A stretch of DNA of 64,000 bases, from assembly GCA_964407855.1 (NCBI GenBank), contig CAYOXI010000003.1:839-64838 (forward strand). The letters run 5' to 3'. A model generated the notes under the pieces. That model saw only the letters and a list, made by a program, of their open reading frames with translations, made no database searches and was not told the DNA's origin. The position numbers and the translations under genes are program-made. Source of the DNA: an uncultured Chromatiaceae bacterium. Its GTDB lineage: Bacteria > Pseudomonadota > Gammaproteobacteria > Steroidobacterales > GCA-2729495. This document shows, one piece after another, positions 21,233-32,275 of this stretch; the stretch's first letter is position 1; every line of letters starts with the position of its first letter.

Positions 21233-23254
21233 CTACAAAAGTTCCAGAGCATCCTTCTCGATCCGCCCGGCGGTGAAACCGAAGTGGGGAAAGAGATCCT
21301 TCGCCGGCGCCGACTTCCCGAAGGTATCGATGCCGACCACGCGGCCTCCCGGTCCGACCCAGCGATACCAGGACTCGGTCACCCCGGCCTCCACAGCAAT
21401 GCGGCGGGTGACGGCTGCCGGGAGCACTGATTCCCGCCACGCCGCATCCTGGGCCGCGAAAAGTGTCGGGCACGGCATGGAGACCACCCGCACACCGTGA
21501 CCGCGGGCCGCCAGCAGATCTGCCGCCGCCATGGCCAGGGCCACTTCGGAGCCCGTGGCGATCAGGATCAGTTCCACCCGCGCGGCATCGCGCAGGACAT
21601 AGCCGCCGCGCAGAATGGCCCCGATCTGGGCCTGGGTGCGCGTCTGGGCAGGCAGCGCCTGCCGGGTCAGTATGAGGCTCGTCGGCCCCCGGGTACGTTC
21701 AATCGCATACCGCCACGCAACCGCTGTTTCCACGCCGTCACAGGGACGCCAGACGCTCATGTTGGGAATGAGGCGCAGGCTCGCGGTGTGTTCCACGGCC
21801 TGGTGCGTGGGGCCGTCCTCGCCGAGACCGATGGAGTCATGAGTGAAGACGAAGATGGCCCGGATCTCCATCAGTGCGGCCATCCGCAGTGCGTTCCGGG
21901 AGTAGTCGGAGAAGGTCAGGAAGGTGCCGCCAAACGGAATGACGCCCCCGTGGAGCGCCATGCCGTTCATCGCGGCGGACATCCCGAACTCCCGCACGCC
22001 CCAGGAGAGGTAATTGCCCGTCACGCTGTCCGGGACCACCGTGCGCGCAGCCTTCGTCCGGGTCAGATTCGAGCCCGTCAGGTCCGCTGAACCACCAAAC
22101 AGCTCGGGCAGAACCGGGGCATAGGCATTCAGTGCGTCTTCCGACGTCTTCCGGGTGGCCTTCGCGGCTGTATCCGCCGCAATGCTGAGCAGCGCGGCAT
22201 CCGCATGGGCCGGCCAGCCGGCCGGCAGGTCACCGGCCATCCGGCGGGAGAATTCGGCGGCCAGCTCCGGGTATTTGGCGGTGTAGGCGGTGAACCGGGC
22301 CTGCCAGGCTTTTTCCAGGGCCGCGCCGGTCGCCCGGGCATCCCACCCGGCACGGATGTCGTCGGGGAGCTCGAAAGGAGGGAGTGTCCAGCCCAGGTTA
22401 TGCCGGGCAGCGGCGGCCTCGACGGCCCCCAGCGCTTCGCCATGCACTTTCTCCGTGCCCTGCCGGTTCGGCGCTCCGAAGCCGATGATGGTCTTGCAGC
22501 AGATGAGTGATGGCCGGCTGCTCTCGGCGCGGGCGGCCTCGATCGCCGCCCGGATGGCAACCGGGTCATGGCCGTCCACGTCGGCAATCACCTGCCAGCC
22601 GTAGGCCCGGAACCGGGCCGGCGTGTCATCCGAAAACCAGGCCTGGACATGGCCGTCGATGGAGATGCCGTTGTCGTCGTACAGGCCAATCAGCTTGCCC
22701 AGACCCAGGGTGCCTGCCAGGGAGCAGACCTCGTGCGAGATACCCTCCATGAGGCAGCCGTCGCCGAGAAAAACCCAGGTGTGGTGATCTACAACCGGGA
22801 AATCCGGCCGGTTGAACTCGGCGGCGAGGAGCTGCTCGGCGAGCGCCATGCCAACCGCATTGGCCAGCCCCTGGCCAAGCGGCCCGGTTGTGGTCTCGAT
22901 ACCGAGATGCAGGTCCCGCTCGGGATGGCCCGCCGTATGGGCTCCCAGCTGCCGGAAGCGGCGGATCTCGTCCATGGAAAGGGGGTAGCCGGTCAGATGC
23001 AGCAGCGAATACAGCAGCATCGATCCGTGGCCATTGGACAGCACGAACCGGTCCCTGTCCGGCCAGGCGGGATTGCCCGGGTTGTGGCGGAGGAAGTCGT
23101 TCCAGAGAACCTCGGCGATATCGGCCATCCCCATGGGCATGCCCGGGTGTCCGGACCCGGCCTGCTCCACGGCGTCCAGAGAGAGGACCCGCACGGCGCT
23201 GGCCAGCCTGCGACGCTCGCTGACGGACCGGTTGCTCCGGGCATTCGCTGTCAT
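21233..23254 (-). CDS. tkt: transketolase
   Basis: [15 protein letters not shown] and the ThDP motif [12 protein letters not shown]. 673 aa. Confidence 0.97.
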   Translation of the reverse strand: MTANARSNRSVSERRRLASAVRVLSLDAVEQAGSGHPGMPMGMADIAEVLWNDFLRHNPGNPAWPDRDRFVLSNGHGSMLLYSLLHLTGYPLSMDEIRRFRQLGAHTAGHPERDLHLGIETTTGPLGQGLANAVGMALAEQLLAAEFNRPDFPVVDHHTWVFLGDGCLMEGISHEVCSLAGTLGLGKLIGLYDDNGISIDGHVQAWFSDDTPARFRAYGWQVIADVDGHDPVAIRAAIEAARAESSRPSLICCKTIIGFGAPNRQGTEKVHGEALGAVEAAAARHNLGWTLPPFELPDDIRAGWDARATGAALEKAWQARFTAYTAKYPELAAEFSRRMAGDLPAGWPAHADAALLSIAADTAAKATRKTSEDALNAYAPVLPELFGGSADLTGSNLTRTKAARTVVPDSVTGNYLSWGVREFGMSAAMNGMALHGGVIPFGGTFLTFSDYSRNALRMAALMEIRAIFVFTHDSIGLGEDGPTHQAVEHTASLRLIPNMSVWRPCDGVETAVAWRYAIERTRGPTSLILTRQALPAQTRTQAQIGAILRGGYVLRDAARVELILIATGSEVALAMAAADLLAARGHGVRVVSMPCPTLFAAQDAAWRESVLPAAVTRRIAVEAGVTESWYRWVGPGGRVVGIDTFGKSAPAKDLFPHFGFTAGRIEKDALELL

Positions 23255-23486
23255 CGTGTCCCCCAGGGGTCTCGTTTCGCCGGCTCTTTACCCCGGTCTC
23301 GCCCGGCCCGGTTCTGGCCCCACCGAATCGCAGGTCACCCGGTCCCGCACCACGACCGGGCACGGCTGGATGGGCTCGCGGAAGGCCGCAGCAGGGCGCG
23401 CATTGTCGCGTAACGGTCGTGCACCCGCAACCGGACGGCCCTCAGTCTATAATCCCCTGCCCGAACCTCCAGCAACCGGACACTCC

Positions 23487-24677
23487 ATGGCGAACCGCAA
23501 GCTCTTCACCTCCGAATCCGTCTCCGAAGGCCACCCGGACAAGATGGCCGACCAGATCTCCGACGCGATCCTTGACGCGATCCTCACCCAGGAGCCCGAG
23601 TCGCGGGTGGCCTGCGAGACACTCATCAAGACCGGCTTCGTGCTGATTTCCGGCGAGATCACCACCAACGCCTGGGTGGACCTCGAGACCATCGTCCGCC
23701 AGGTCATCTGCGACATCGGCTACGACCACTCCGACAAGGGCTTCGACGGGATGTCCTGCGGCGTGCTGAACGCCATTGGCAAGCAGTCCCAGAACATTGC
23801 CCAGGGCGTTGGCCGGAAGGACAAACGCAAGCAGGGTGCGGGTGACCAGGGAATGATGTTTGGCTACGCGGCCAACGAAACCGACGTACTGATGCCGCTG
23901 CCGATCACCCTCGCCCACCGGCTGGTGAAGCGCCAGGCCGACATGCGCAAGAAGGGCAGGCTCCCGTGGCTGCGTCCGGACGCCAAGAGTCAGGTGACGG
24001 TGATCTACGAGGACGACAGGCCCGTGGGCCTGGACGCGGTGGTGCTCTCGACCCAGCACGCCCCGGACGTCAAGCAGAAGGATCTCCGGGAGGCAGTTAT
24101 CGAGGAGATCCTGAAGCCGGTGATCGGCAGGAAATGGTTTGCCTCACTGCGCCCTAGCAAGATTCACATCAACCCTACCGGCTCCTTCGTCATTGGCGGG
24201 CCGATGGGTGACTGCGGCCTCACCGGACGCAAGATCATCGTGGATACCTACGGCGGCATGGCCCGGCACGGGGGCGGCGCTTTCTCCGGCAAGGATCCGA
24301 CCAAGGTCGACCGGTCCGCGACCTATGCCGCACGCTACGTGGCCAAGAACATCGTGGCCGCCGGACTGGCGGAACGCTGCGAGGTACAGGTCTCCTACGC
24401 GATCGGCGTGGCGGAGCCCACCTCGGTGAGCGTGGAAACCTTCGGCACCAGCACACTCAGCCCCGAACGGCTGACCGCCCTCGTCCGCCGGCATTTTGAC
24501 CTCACGCCCTGGGGCATACGGCAGATGCTCAGGCTGCACCGGCCCATCTACCGGCCCACGGCAGCTTATGGACACTTCGGCCGGGAAGAACCGAATTTCA
24601 CCTGGGAGCGAACTGACAAGGCCGACGCGATCCGCGCCGATACCCGGACTGACCGAAAGAAGGACGCCCGCAAATGA
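23487..24677 (+). CDS. metK: S-adenosylmethionine synthetase
   Basis: The internal ATG at 23487 gives [26 protein letters not shown]..., followed by [12 protein letters not shown]. The upstream 151 codons of the track ORF are not protein-like. Confidence 0.97.
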   Translation: MANRKLFTSESVSEGHPDKMADQISDAILDAILTQEPESRVACETLIKTGFVLISGEITTNAWVDLETIVRQVICDIGYDHSDKGFDGMSCGVLNAIGKQSQNIAQGVGRKDKRKQGAGDQGMMFGYAANETDVLMPLPITLAHRLVKRQADMRKKGRLPWLRPDAKSQVTVIYEDDRPVGLDAVVLSTQHAPDVKQKDLREAVIEEILKPVIGRKWFASLRPSKIHINPTGSFVIGGPMGDCGLTGRKIIVDTYGGMARHGGGAFSGKDPTKVDRSATYAARYVAKNIVAAGLAERCEVQVSYAIGVAEPTSVSVETFGTSTLSPERLTALVRRHFDLTPWGIRQMLRLHRPIYRPTAAYGHFGREEPNFTWERTDKADAIRADTRTDRKKDARK

Positions 24678-25987
24678 GCACCAAGCCCGTTTTCTCGACC
24701 CAGCAGGATTTCAAGGTAGCCGATCTCGGTCTGGCTGCCTGGGGCCGCAGGGAGATCGCCATCGCCGAGACCGAAATGCCCGGCCTGATGGCCGTACGGG
24801 AGGAGTTCCGGAAGGCGCAGCCACTGAAGGGAGCCCGGATAGCCGGCTGCCTGCACATGACCATCCAGACGGCTGTCCTGATCGAGACCCTGATCGACCT
24901 GGGTGCCGAGATCCGCTGGTCATCCTGCAACATCTTCTCGACCCAGGACCATGCGGCCTCCGCCATTGCGGCGGCCGGAATCCCCGTCTTTGCCTGGAAG
25001 GGCGAGACCGAAGAGGAATACTGGTGGTGTGTCGAGCAGACCGTCCGGGGACCCGGCGGGTGGGTACCGAACATGATCCTGGACGATGGCGGTGACCTCA
25101 CCGCGATTCTCCACGACAAGTATCCCGAGCTGATGAGGGGCGTGCGGGGCATCTCCGAGGAGACCACAACCGGCGTCGCACGACTCTACGAGATGGCTAC
25201 CCAGGGCAAGCTGATGTGCCCGGCAATCAACGTGAACGACTCGGTGACCAAGTCCAAGTTCGACAACCTGTATGGCTGCCGTGAGTCCCTGGTGGACGGC
25301 ATCAAGCGCGCCACCGACGTAATGATCGCCGGCAAGATCGCGATCGTCGCGGGGTACGGCGACGTGGGCAAGGGCTGCGCCCAGTCGCTGCGGGGCCTCG
25401 GGGCCACGGTATGGGTCACGGAAATCGACCCGATCAATGCACTCCAGGCCGCCATGGAGGGCTATCGCGTCGTCACGATGGACGCAGCCTGCGACAAGGC
25501 CGACATCTTTGTCACGGCGACCGGCAATTTCCACGTGATCACCTTCGACCACATGGCCCGCATGAAAAACCAGGCCATCGTCTGCAATATCGGCCACTTC
25601 GACAGCGAGATCGATGTGAACTCCCTGCGCAAGCTGAAGTGGGAGAACATCAAGCCGCAGGTGGACCACATCATCTTCCCCGACGGCAAGCGGCTGATCC
25701 TGCTCGCCGAGGGCCGGCTGGTAAATCTTGGCTGTGGCACGGGCCATCCGAGCTTCGTGATGTCGAACTCCTTCACCAACCAGGTTCTGGCCCAGATCGA
25801 CCTGTGGCAGAACCCCGGCAAGTACGAGCACAGGGTTTACGTGCTGCCGAAGCACCTGGACGAGAAGGTGGCCCGGCTGCACCTGGGCAAGATCGGCGCG
25901 GAGCTGACCGCGTTGACCCAGACCCAGGCCGACTACCTCCGGGTTCCGGTGGAAGGCCCCTACAAGCCGGAACACTACCGCTACTGA
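24674..25987 (+). CDS. ahcY: adenosylhomocysteinase
   Basis: [27 protein letters not shown] and the NAD site GYGDVGKG. The ATG overlaps the metK stop (ATGA). Confidence 0.97.
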   Translation: MSTKPVFSTQQDFKVADLGLAAWGRREIAIAETEMPGLMAVREEFRKAQPLKGARIAGCLHMTIQTAVLIETLIDLGAEIRWSSCNIFSTQDHAASAIAAAGIPVFAWKGETEEEYWWCVEQTVRGPGGWVPNMILDDGGDLTAILHDKYPELMRGVRGISEETTTGVARLYEMATQGKLMCPAINVNDSVTKSKFDNLYGCRESLVDGIKRATDVMIAGKIAIVAGYGDVGKGCAQSLRGLGATVWVTEIDPINALQAAMEGYRVVTMDAACDKADIFVTATGNFHVITFDHMARMKNQAIVCNIGHFDSEIDVNSLRKLKWENIKPQVDHIIFPDGKRLILLAEGRLVNLGCGTGHPSFVMSNSFTNQVLAQIDLWQNPGKYEHRVYVLPKHLDEKVARLHLGKIGAELTALTQTQADYLRVPVEGPYKPEHYRY

Positions 25988-26105
25988 ATTCCGGCCGGCA
26001 CAGCGGCAATAACGCGAAAGCAGTCGCAGTCCCGCCGCTCCGTCCGGGATAGGCAATCGCGACTGCGAACCCGGTTCGCCCCGGCAACCCGCAGGCAGCT
26101 ATAGT

Positions 26106-26870
26106 TTGCCGGTGAACCCCGGACCCGTTCGCGTACTGCAGATCACCGACCCGCACCTCCACGGACGTCGGGACGCACGTATGCGGGGCGTGAACACTGA
26201 CGACACCCTCAGCGCGACGCTGGCCCGGGTGCAGCAGGATCCCCGACAGCCGGATCTCGTCCTGGCCACCGGCGATCTTGTCCAGGACGAAAGCCGTGCC
26301 GGCTACGAGCGCTTCAGGGAACTCCTGATGCCGCTCAAGGCTCCCGTCTACTGCCTGCCGGGCAATCACGATGATCCGGCGCTCATGCAGGAGATGCTGA
26401 ACGACGCGCCGTTTCAGTACTGCGGACTTGCCATCCACAGTTCATGGGCACTGGTGATGCTGAACAGCTACGCCAGCAACGATGATGGTGGCGTACTGGC
26501 ACCGCGGGAGCTGGCCTTCCTGGAGCGCACACTGGACAGCGCGCGCGCTGAACATGTGCTCATCGCCCTGCATCACCACCCCGTGCCCATGGGCAGTCGC
26601 TGGCTCGACAGCGTGCCACTGCGAAACGGGACAGACCTGTTCGACATCGTGGACCGGCATGCGGCCGTCCGCTGCATCCTGTGGGGGCACGTGCACCAGG
26701 CGTCTGACCAGCACCGGGGCGCCGTCCGGCTGATGAGCACACCCTCCACCTGCGCCCAGTTCAGGCCGGGGTCCGAGGATTTCGCCCTGGACACCCGGCC
26801 GCCCGGTTTTCGCTGGATCGATCTGCATGCGGACGGACAGCTCGACACCAGCGTGGTATGGGTGGATTGA
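26106..26870 (+). CDS. cpdA: 3',5'-cyclic-nucleotide phosphodiesterase CpdA/Icc (metallophosphoesterase)
   Basis: Motifs QITDPHL, ATGDLVQD, LPGNHDD, LHHHP and WGHVH. TTG start, or GTG at 26112. Confidence 0.8.
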   Translation: MPVNPGPVRVLQITDPHLHGRRDARMRGVNTDDTLSATLARVQQDPRQPDLVLATGDLVQDESRAGYERFRELLMPLKAPVYCLPGNHDDPALMQEMLNDAPFQYCGLAIHSSWALVMLNSYASNDDGGVLAPRELAFLERTLDSARAEHVLIALHHHPVPMGSRWLDSVPLRNGTDLFDIVDRHAAVRCILWGHVHQASDQHRGAVRLMSTPSTCAQFRPGSEDFALDTRPPGFRWIDLHADGQLDTSVVWVD

Positions 26871-27742
26871 GCAGGATCCTGCCACAGCTGGTCGCCGCTG
26901 CACTGCTGGCGGGGCTTGCGCCGTCCACGTTCGCCCTGCCCCTCTGGGAACTGGCAGGCACCAGCAACCGCATTACCCTGCTCGGTTCAATTCACATTCT
27001 CCGGGAATCGGACTATCCGCTGGACCCGGCCCTGGCCGCCAGTCTCGGGGCAGCTGACGTGGTGATCATGGAACTGGAGCTCGATGCCCTTGATCCGGTG
27101 GCAGCCGCCGGACTGGTCGCGAGCCTTGCCCTGGACGCGGGCGGCCGGCAGCTGCCGGAATTGCTCGGCGCCGAAGCCTGGCGACGCGCCAGCCGCGAGG
27201 CAACAGCCCTTGGCATGGACCTGACCCCGCTCCTGCCCTTCGAGCCGTGGTACGCGGCAGTCCTCATCACCCAGCTCCGGCTCGCCCAGCTCGGCTTTGA
27301 CTCCTCGCTGGGCATAGAGGCCCGGATGGTGGTTGATGCCGGGCGAGCCGGCAAGAAGATCCGCGGTCTTGAGACCCTGGAGGATCAGCTGGGAACGCTG
27401 GATGGACTGTCAGCGACAGCCCAGCGCGATTTCTTCCTGAACACCATTGAGGAGGCCGGCAGTTTCGATGCGGAAGCGGACCGGCTGATCGGCGCCTGGA
27501 AGGCGGGAGACAGCGCCATTCTCGAGCGGGAGATGCTCGGACCGGTGCGGAACCAGCCAGAGGTCTATGAGGCGCTCATCGTCCGCCGAAACGCAGCTTT
27601 CGCCAGGGCGATCCGCGCGCTGGCCAACGACGGCACGGACTACCTGGTCGTCGTCGGGGCGCTACACCTGGTGGGACCCGACAGCCTACTGCACATGCTG
27701 GAGAAGCAAGGTCTGCCCTCGCGGCCAGTGACAAACCGCTGA
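26858..27742 (+). CDS. TraB/GumN family protein (secreted)
   Basis: Signal peptide, then LWELAGTSNRITLLGSIHILRESDYPL and a C-terminal VVVGALHLVGPDSL, which is typical of the GumN/TraB family. Confidence 0.7.
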   Translation: MGGLSRILPQLVAAALLAGLAPSTFALPLWELAGTSNRITLLGSIHILRESDYPLDPALAASLGAADVVIMELELDALDPVAAAGLVASLALDAGGRQLPELLGAEAWRRASREATALGMDLTPLLPFEPWYAAVLITQLRLAQLGFDSSLGIEARMVVDAGRAGKKIRGLETLEDQLGTLDGLSATAQRDFFLNTIEEAGSFDAEADRLIGAWKAGDSAILEREMLGPVRNQPEVYEALIVRRNAAFARAIRALANDGTDYLVVVGALHLVGPDSLLHMLEKQGLPSRPVTNR

Positions 27743-27745
27743 CCC

Positions 27746-27910
27746 TCACACCTCGATCATCTCGAAGTCTTCCTTGCCCGCCCCGCAGTCAGGACACCGC
27801 CAGGACAGCGGCACGTCGGCCCAGCGCGTGCCGGGTGCCAGGCCTGCTTCGGGCGCGCCCGCACTCTCGTCGTAGATGAAGCCGCAGATGAGGCACATGT
27901 AGGTCTTCAT
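27746..27910 (-). CDS. rubredoxin
   Basis: Hand-translated 54-aa ORF, absent from the track because it is under 60 aa: [54 protein letters not shown]. It has both CxxC iron-binding knuckles and the conserved aromatic residues. Confidence 0.9.
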   Translation of the reverse strand: MKTYMCLICGFIYDESAGAPEAGLAPGTRWADVPLSWRCPDCGAGKEDFEMIEV

Positions 27911-27943
27911 TGACGTTGCTGTCAGCCTGTGGGGCTGGTCCCG

Positions 27944-28537
27944 CTATTGAGTCTTTTCACGACGGAACGGCCGAAGCATCGGCCGGAGTATCTGCAATCT
28001 CTCTACCGGATCATCAAGCTCAAGGCAACGCTGCTTGTCGGCGGGTGGCATCGGCAGGATCTCCGCCAGCCGGCATCCCACCCACGACGCGTCGTCATAG
28101 CGCTTCTCGATGGCATCGTACAGCCGACCGAGGTCGTTGATGACGCTCTCAAGGAGGGCCGCCATCGGGCGGAACTCATCGGGCAGGGGAACCCGGGGCA
28201 TCCCTGGCAGCAGTTCGGTCTCGCCGACGTACAGGCCGTCTGGCTGCCGGGACATCTTCTGCAGCCGGAACCGGTCACCTCCGCGGGCCGTGATGCCCAG
28301 GATGCCGTCACTACCCTGATACCAGTCAATGATGCGGGCGAGCGTCCCGACTGCGCTGGTCTCCACTTCGGTCGTATCCCGCCCGCTGGTGATCAGTAGC
28401 ACGCCGAAGGCGACATCGTTGCGCAGGCAGCGGCTCACCATATCCAGGTACCTTGGCTCAAAGACCCGCAACGGCAGCGGACCCTCCGGAAACAGGACGG
28501 TACCCAGCGGAAACAGCGGGATCGTCGCGGCGGTCAC
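27944..28537 (-). CDS. LON peptidase N-terminal (substrate-binding) domain protein
   Basis: IPLFPLGTVLFPEGPLPLRVFEPRYLDMV is the hallmark start of the Lon N-domain. 197 aa with no ATPase or protease domain. Confidence 0.8.
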   Translation of the reverse strand: MTAATIPLFPLGTVLFPEGPLPLRVFEPRYLDMVSRCLRNDVAFGVLLITSGRDTTEVETSAVGTLARIIDWYQGSDGILGITARGGDRFRLQKMSRQPDGLYVGETELLPGMPRVPLPDEFRPMAALLESVINDLGRLYDAIEKRYDDASWVGCRLAEILPMPPADKQRCLELDDPVERLQILRPMLRPFRREKTQ

Positions 28538-29901
28538 GGTGAAACTGACTCCTCGAGACCTTGCCGCAGGCTGGTGTGGATGTCCTGGAAGTCGCCATTG
28601 CTCATCACGACAATGGCGTCGCCGGGCCGGGCAACCGCGAGTATCTCGCGGGTAATCACCGCGGTGTCATCCCGCAGCTGCACCTGCGGCGCCGCGTTGA
28701 ACTCCGCCCCCATGTCCCACCTGAGTCCGGCGGGCCGCAACACCCAGGCGAGGTCGGCTCCGGCGAGCGCGGGCGCCAGCGCCCCCTCATAGACACCGAG
28801 CTTCATGCTGTTGGAACGAGGTTCGAAGGCCGCTATGACGCGCTGGACGCCGGTGCGCCGGCGGACTCCTTCCAGGGTGCGCCGGATCGCGGTCGGGTGA
28901 TGGGCAAAATCGTCGAAGAGCTGCACGCCATTGAAACTCCCGAGATGCTGCAGGCGCCGGCGGACTCCGCCAAAGTGACCAAGCGCCTCGATGGCGGTTT
29001 CCGCTGGGACGCCGACCGCCCGGCAGGCCAGCAGGGCCGCAACTGCATTTTCCGCGTTGTGGGTCCCCGACAGCTGCCAGGGGCAGGAGCCGGCTTCGGC
29101 ACCGTCGTGCAGCACCCGCAGCGTACCGGGCGGATCCTCCAGCCCCACCCACCCGGCGCCACCGGGCCGGCTGCCGAAGCTGTCAACGGGCGTCCAGCAG
29201 CCCTGCTGGAGCAGTGCCGTCACATTGGCGTCAGCGGCCGGCGTGATCAGCCGGCCATTGCCGGGCACCGACCGCACGAGCTGGTGAAACTGCCGGGTAA
29301 TGGCCTCGAGGTCCGGATAGATGTCCGCGTGGTCATACTCCAGGTTGTTGATGATCAGGGTCGCTGGCCGGTAGTGCAGGAACTTGGCTCGCTTGTCGAA
29401 GAACGCGGTGTCGTACTCATCAGCCTCGATGACGAAGACGCGATCGCTGCCGAGGCGCGCGGAGAACGGAAAATCCACTGGCACGCCCCCGATGAGAAAG
29501 CCTGCATCGCGGCCGGCGTGGTGGAGGATGAAGGCCACCAGACTGGTCGTGGTCGTCTTTCCATGGGTCCCCGATACACCGATCACGGACCGGCCGCGCA
29601 GGACATTCGCGGCCAGCCATTCTGGCCCGGACGCATAGGGCAGGCCGCGGTTGAGCATCGACTCGATCACCGGCATCCCGCGGGTCATGACGTTACCGAC
29701 GATGACCACATCCGGGACGGGATCGAGCTGATCCGCCTCGAAGCCCTGGATAAGGTCGATCCCGAGGCTGCGGAGCTGATCGCTCATCGGCGGGTAGATG
29801 TTGCGGTCCGAGCCGGTCACCCGGTAACCGGCTTCCCGGGCAATCGCGGCCAGCCCGCCCATGAACGTGCCACAGATGCCGAGAATATGGACGTGCTGCA
29901 T
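28534..29901 (-). CDS. mpl: UDP-N-acetylmuramate:L-alanyl-gamma-D-glutamyl-meso-diaminopimelate ligase
   Basis: HILGICGTFMGGLAAIAREAGYRVTGSD and the P-loop GVSGTHGKTTTT. Mur-ligase architecture of about 455 aa, typical of Mpl. Confidence 0.9.
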   Translation of the reverse strand: MQHVHILGICGTFMGGLAAIAREAGYRVTGSDRNIYPPMSDQLRSLGIDLIQGFEADQLDPVPDVVIVGNVMTRGMPVIESMLNRGLPYASGPEWLAANVLRGRSVIGVSGTHGKTTTTSLVAFILHHAGRDAGFLIGGVPVDFPFSARLGSDRVFVIEADEYDTAFFDKRAKFLHYRPATLIINNLEYDHADIYPDLEAITRQFHQLVRSVPGNGRLITPAADANVTALLQQGCWTPVDSFGSRPGGAGWVGLEDPPGTLRVLHDGAEAGSCPWQLSGTHNAENAVAALLACRAVGVPAETAIEALGHFGGVRRRLQHLGSFNGVQLFDDFAHHPTAIRRTLEGVRRRTGVQRVIAAFEPRSNSMKLGVYEGALAPALAGADLAWVLRPAGLRWDMGAEFNAAPQVQLRDDTAVITREILAVARPGDAIVVMSNGDFQDIHTSLRQGLEESVSP

Positions 29902-29910
29902 GGCTGGACC

Positions 29911-30429
29911 TCAGGCCCGGACCGGACCGAACTGCAGGAAGACCAGGTAATTCAGGCAGAAGTAGCTTATCGCGACGACGAGCCCCAGCGCGAAGTGTGC
30001 GGACATCGCCCTGGCAAAGATGTGGGCATTGACGACCAGTGACCAGATGACGACGGCGAGCAGCCCGAGGGTAGGCACCAGGGGCGCCTGACCGGGCACG
30101 GACGCGGCATCCAGCCATAGATTGAAGGGCAGCATGCACAGGCTGAGCAGCGCGCCGGTACCGAAAACGGCTGTCGTCGTCTGGCCGAAGCGCGCGGGAT
30201 GCCCGGTCAGGCGGAGTATGCCCACAACAAAGCCACAGAGCACCACCACGTCCAGAACGATGCTGCGCAGGAGCGTACCGGTGAATGCATAGATCGGCAC
30301 GGCCAGCATCAGCTGCGTGATCGCGTAGAGAAAGCCGACGAAAAGCAGCAGGAATCGGGAGTCAGGCAGGTCTTCCGGGCCCAGGCGACGAAGTGTGATC
30401 TGTGCGAAAGCGTCGAGGATCGGGAGCAT
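29911..30429 (-). CDS. hypothetical integral membrane protein (about 5 TM, Yip1-like topology)
   Basis: Hydrophobic 172-aa ORF in a gap with no competing gene. I recognise no family motif with confidence. Confidence 0.5.
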   Translation of the reverse strand: MLPILDAFAQITLRRLGPEDLPDSRFLLLFVGFLYAITQLMLAVPIYAFTGTLLRSIVLDVVVLCGFVVGILRLTGHPARFGQTTTAVFGTGALLSLCMLPFNLWLDAASVPGQAPLVPTLGLLAVVIWSLVVNAHIFARAMSAHFALGLVVAISYFCLNYLVFLQFGPVRA

Positions 30430-30494
30430 CTATGGTCGGCCTTGCGGCTACGCCCGTGGAGATGACGGGCAATGATCCTCTACACTCCCCCGTT

Positions 30495-31610
30495 ATGCCA
30501 GCCCTCGTCCCCGCCGAAGTACTGATCGACCGCCAGGAGAGTCTGGCGCGCGCCTGTGCCGCAATCTCCCCTGACGAACTGGTCGCCATCGACACGGAAT
30601 TCATGCGCACGAGCCAGTACACGCCCCAGCTCTGCCTGGTACAGGTGGCATCCAGTGCGGGGGTGCTGTGCGTGGACGAGATCGCGGGACTTGACACGAC
30701 GTCACTCTGGGACCTGCTCTGTGCGGGGCGTGGCCTGCGCGTGCTGCATGCCGGAAAGCAGGACCTGGAAGTGGCCTGGGTGCGCTTTCGCCGCCTGCCC
30801 CAGCCGCTGTTCGACACCCAGATCGGCGCGGCCCTGGTCGGCATGCCTGCCCAGATCGGTTACGCCGGACTTGCCCTCGACCTGCTCGGGGTGGCGATCG
30901 ACAAGACGCACACCCGGGCCGACTGGTCACGCCGCCCGCTGGGCCCGGAACTCATCAGCTACGCTGCCCTTGATGTGCTCCACCTGCCGGAGATATACCA
31001 CCGGCTGCGCGATCGCCTGGAACTGCTCAACCGCTATGCCTGGGCGATGGAGGACAGCGCGAGACTGGTGGATCCGGCGCTCTATGAGGTGGATCCGGGC
31101 GAAGCCTGGCACCGGCTCGGCGGCGTTGGGCGCCTCCCTGTGCCGGCGCAACGACGCGTCCGCCGCCTGGCCCGCTGGCGCGAGGAGTATGCGATGCGCG
31201 CGGATCGTCCGCGCCAGTGGATCCTGGGCGACAAGAGCCTGCTGGACATCGCGCTGCGCCGGCCGCACACGGAATCCGAGCTGGCCGCCTGTGCGGAAGT
31301 GCCAGCTGGCTTTGCCCGCCGGCAGTCGGAGGTCGTCCTGGGGGAGCTGGCTGCGGCGGACCGGGATGAGGCCGCCGGCGTCGAACTCGTTCGGGACCCA
31401 AGGCCCGAGGTGGTCGATCCCGAACGAATCAGGCGCCTCGGGCGGGTCGTGGAGGAGGTGGCAAAGTCACTGGGAATCGCCCCTGAGATCCTTGCTACCC
31501 GTCGGGACCTGACAGCGGCACTGCGGGGCGAATCGGCTATCCGTCCCCTGTCAGGCTGGCGGCAACCCGTGATCGGGGACTTGCTGGTGGATGCAGCAAA
31601 GCGGCTTTAA
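30495..31610 (+). CDS. rnd: ribonuclease D
   Basis: The internal ATG gives MPALVPAEVLIDRQESL... DEDD exonuclease motifs (VAIDTEFMR, HAGKQDLE, YAALDVLHL) are followed by an HRDC-like region. Confidence 0.85.
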   Translation: MPALVPAEVLIDRQESLARACAAISPDELVAIDTEFMRTSQYTPQLCLVQVASSAGVLCVDEIAGLDTTSLWDLLCAGRGLRVLHAGKQDLEVAWVRFRRLPQPLFDTQIGAALVGMPAQIGYAGLALDLLGVAIDKTHTRADWSRRPLGPELISYAALDVLHLPEIYHRLRDRLELLNRYAWAMEDSARLVDPALYEVDPGEAWHRLGGVGRLPVPAQRRVRRLARWREEYAMRADRPRQWILGDKSLLDIALRRPHTESELAACAEVPAGFARRQSEVVLGELAAADRDEAAGVELVRDPRPEVVDPERIRRLGRVVEEVAKSLGIAPEILATRRDLTAALRGESAIRPLSGWRQPVIGDLLVDAAKRL

Positions 31611-31615
31611 CGCGG

Positions 31616-32275
31616 CTAGTTCCCTGCCGGCGCGGATGCCAGCGCCCGGATAACGCGACTATAGACCTCGTCCACCGGCCCGAAGCCGTCTACTTCCCGC
31701 AGCAGAGCCATTTGCCGGTAGTGCCCGATCACCGGCTCCGTCTGGGCGCGGTAGACCCTGAGGCGGTTGCCGATGGTCTCCTCGTTGTCGTCGACCCGCT
31801 GGATCAGCTCGCCCCCTGCCGCCAGGCAGGCATCCAGCTCGGCCTGTGGCGAAAAATGGATGTTCAGCAGCTTGCCAGTCACAGAGCAGGTCCGCCGGCC
31901 CGTCAGCCGCTTCAGCAGGATGTCGAAGTCCACGTCGATGAGTACAACGGCATCCAGGGGTTTGCCGATCTCCGCGAGCAGTCCCTCCAGGGCCTCGGCC
32001 TGGGCCAGGTTGCGGGGAAAGCCGTCCAGCACGAAGCCGGCCGCCGCATCGTCCTGCGTCAGGCGTTCGCGGATCATGCCGAGGACAATATCGTCAGAGA
32101 CGAGATCGCCGGCATCCATGGCGGCCTTGGCCCGGCGACCGAGACCGGTGCCTGCAGCCACGGCAGCTCGCAGCAGGTCGCCGGTCGACAGCTGGACCAT
32201 GCCCCGCTCCGCCATGAGTCGCTGGGCCTGGGTTCCCTTGCCGGAACCCGGAGCCCCAAGGAATACGATGCGCAA
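31616..32275 (-). CDS. adk: adenylate kinase
   Basis: RIVFLGAPGSGKGTQA, DGFPRN and the long-lid form. There is no in-frame ATG near the P-loop, so the TTG at 32275 (codon before RIVFLG) is the probable start. The upstream 180 codons of the track ORF are not protein-like. Confidence 0.92.
   Translation of the reverse strand: MRIVFLGAPGSGKGTQAQRLMAERGMVQLSTGDLLRAAVAAGTGLGRRAKAAMDAGDLVSDDIVLGMIRERLTQDDAAAGFVLDGFPRNLAQAEALEGLLAEIGKPLDAVVLIDVDFDILLKRLTGRRTCSVTGKLLNIHFSPQAELDACLAAGGELIQRVDDNEETIGNRLRVYRAQTEPVIGHYRQMALLREVDGFGPVDEVYSRVIRALASAPAGN

Noticed and set aside
23255-23486. A possible SAM or SAH riboswitch upstream of the metK-ahcY operon. SAH riboswitches are known upstream of ahcY in beta- and gammaproteobacteria.
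   Set aside because: I could find only a loose resemblance (GAAGGCCGCAGCAG ... CAACCGGACGGCCCTCA) to the SAH aptamer core. I did not find its conserved CAGGCUCGG-type element. A TATAAT at 23448-23453 would also leave too short a leader. A covariance-model scan (RF01057, RF00521, RF00162) would settle it.
25988-26105. A nested stem-loop after ahcY (gcagtcgc ... gcgactgc enclosing tcccg ... cggga).
   Set aside because: It may be a terminator for metK-ahcY. However, it has a long interior loop and no U-run, so I cannot distinguish it from chance complementarity in GC-rich DNA.
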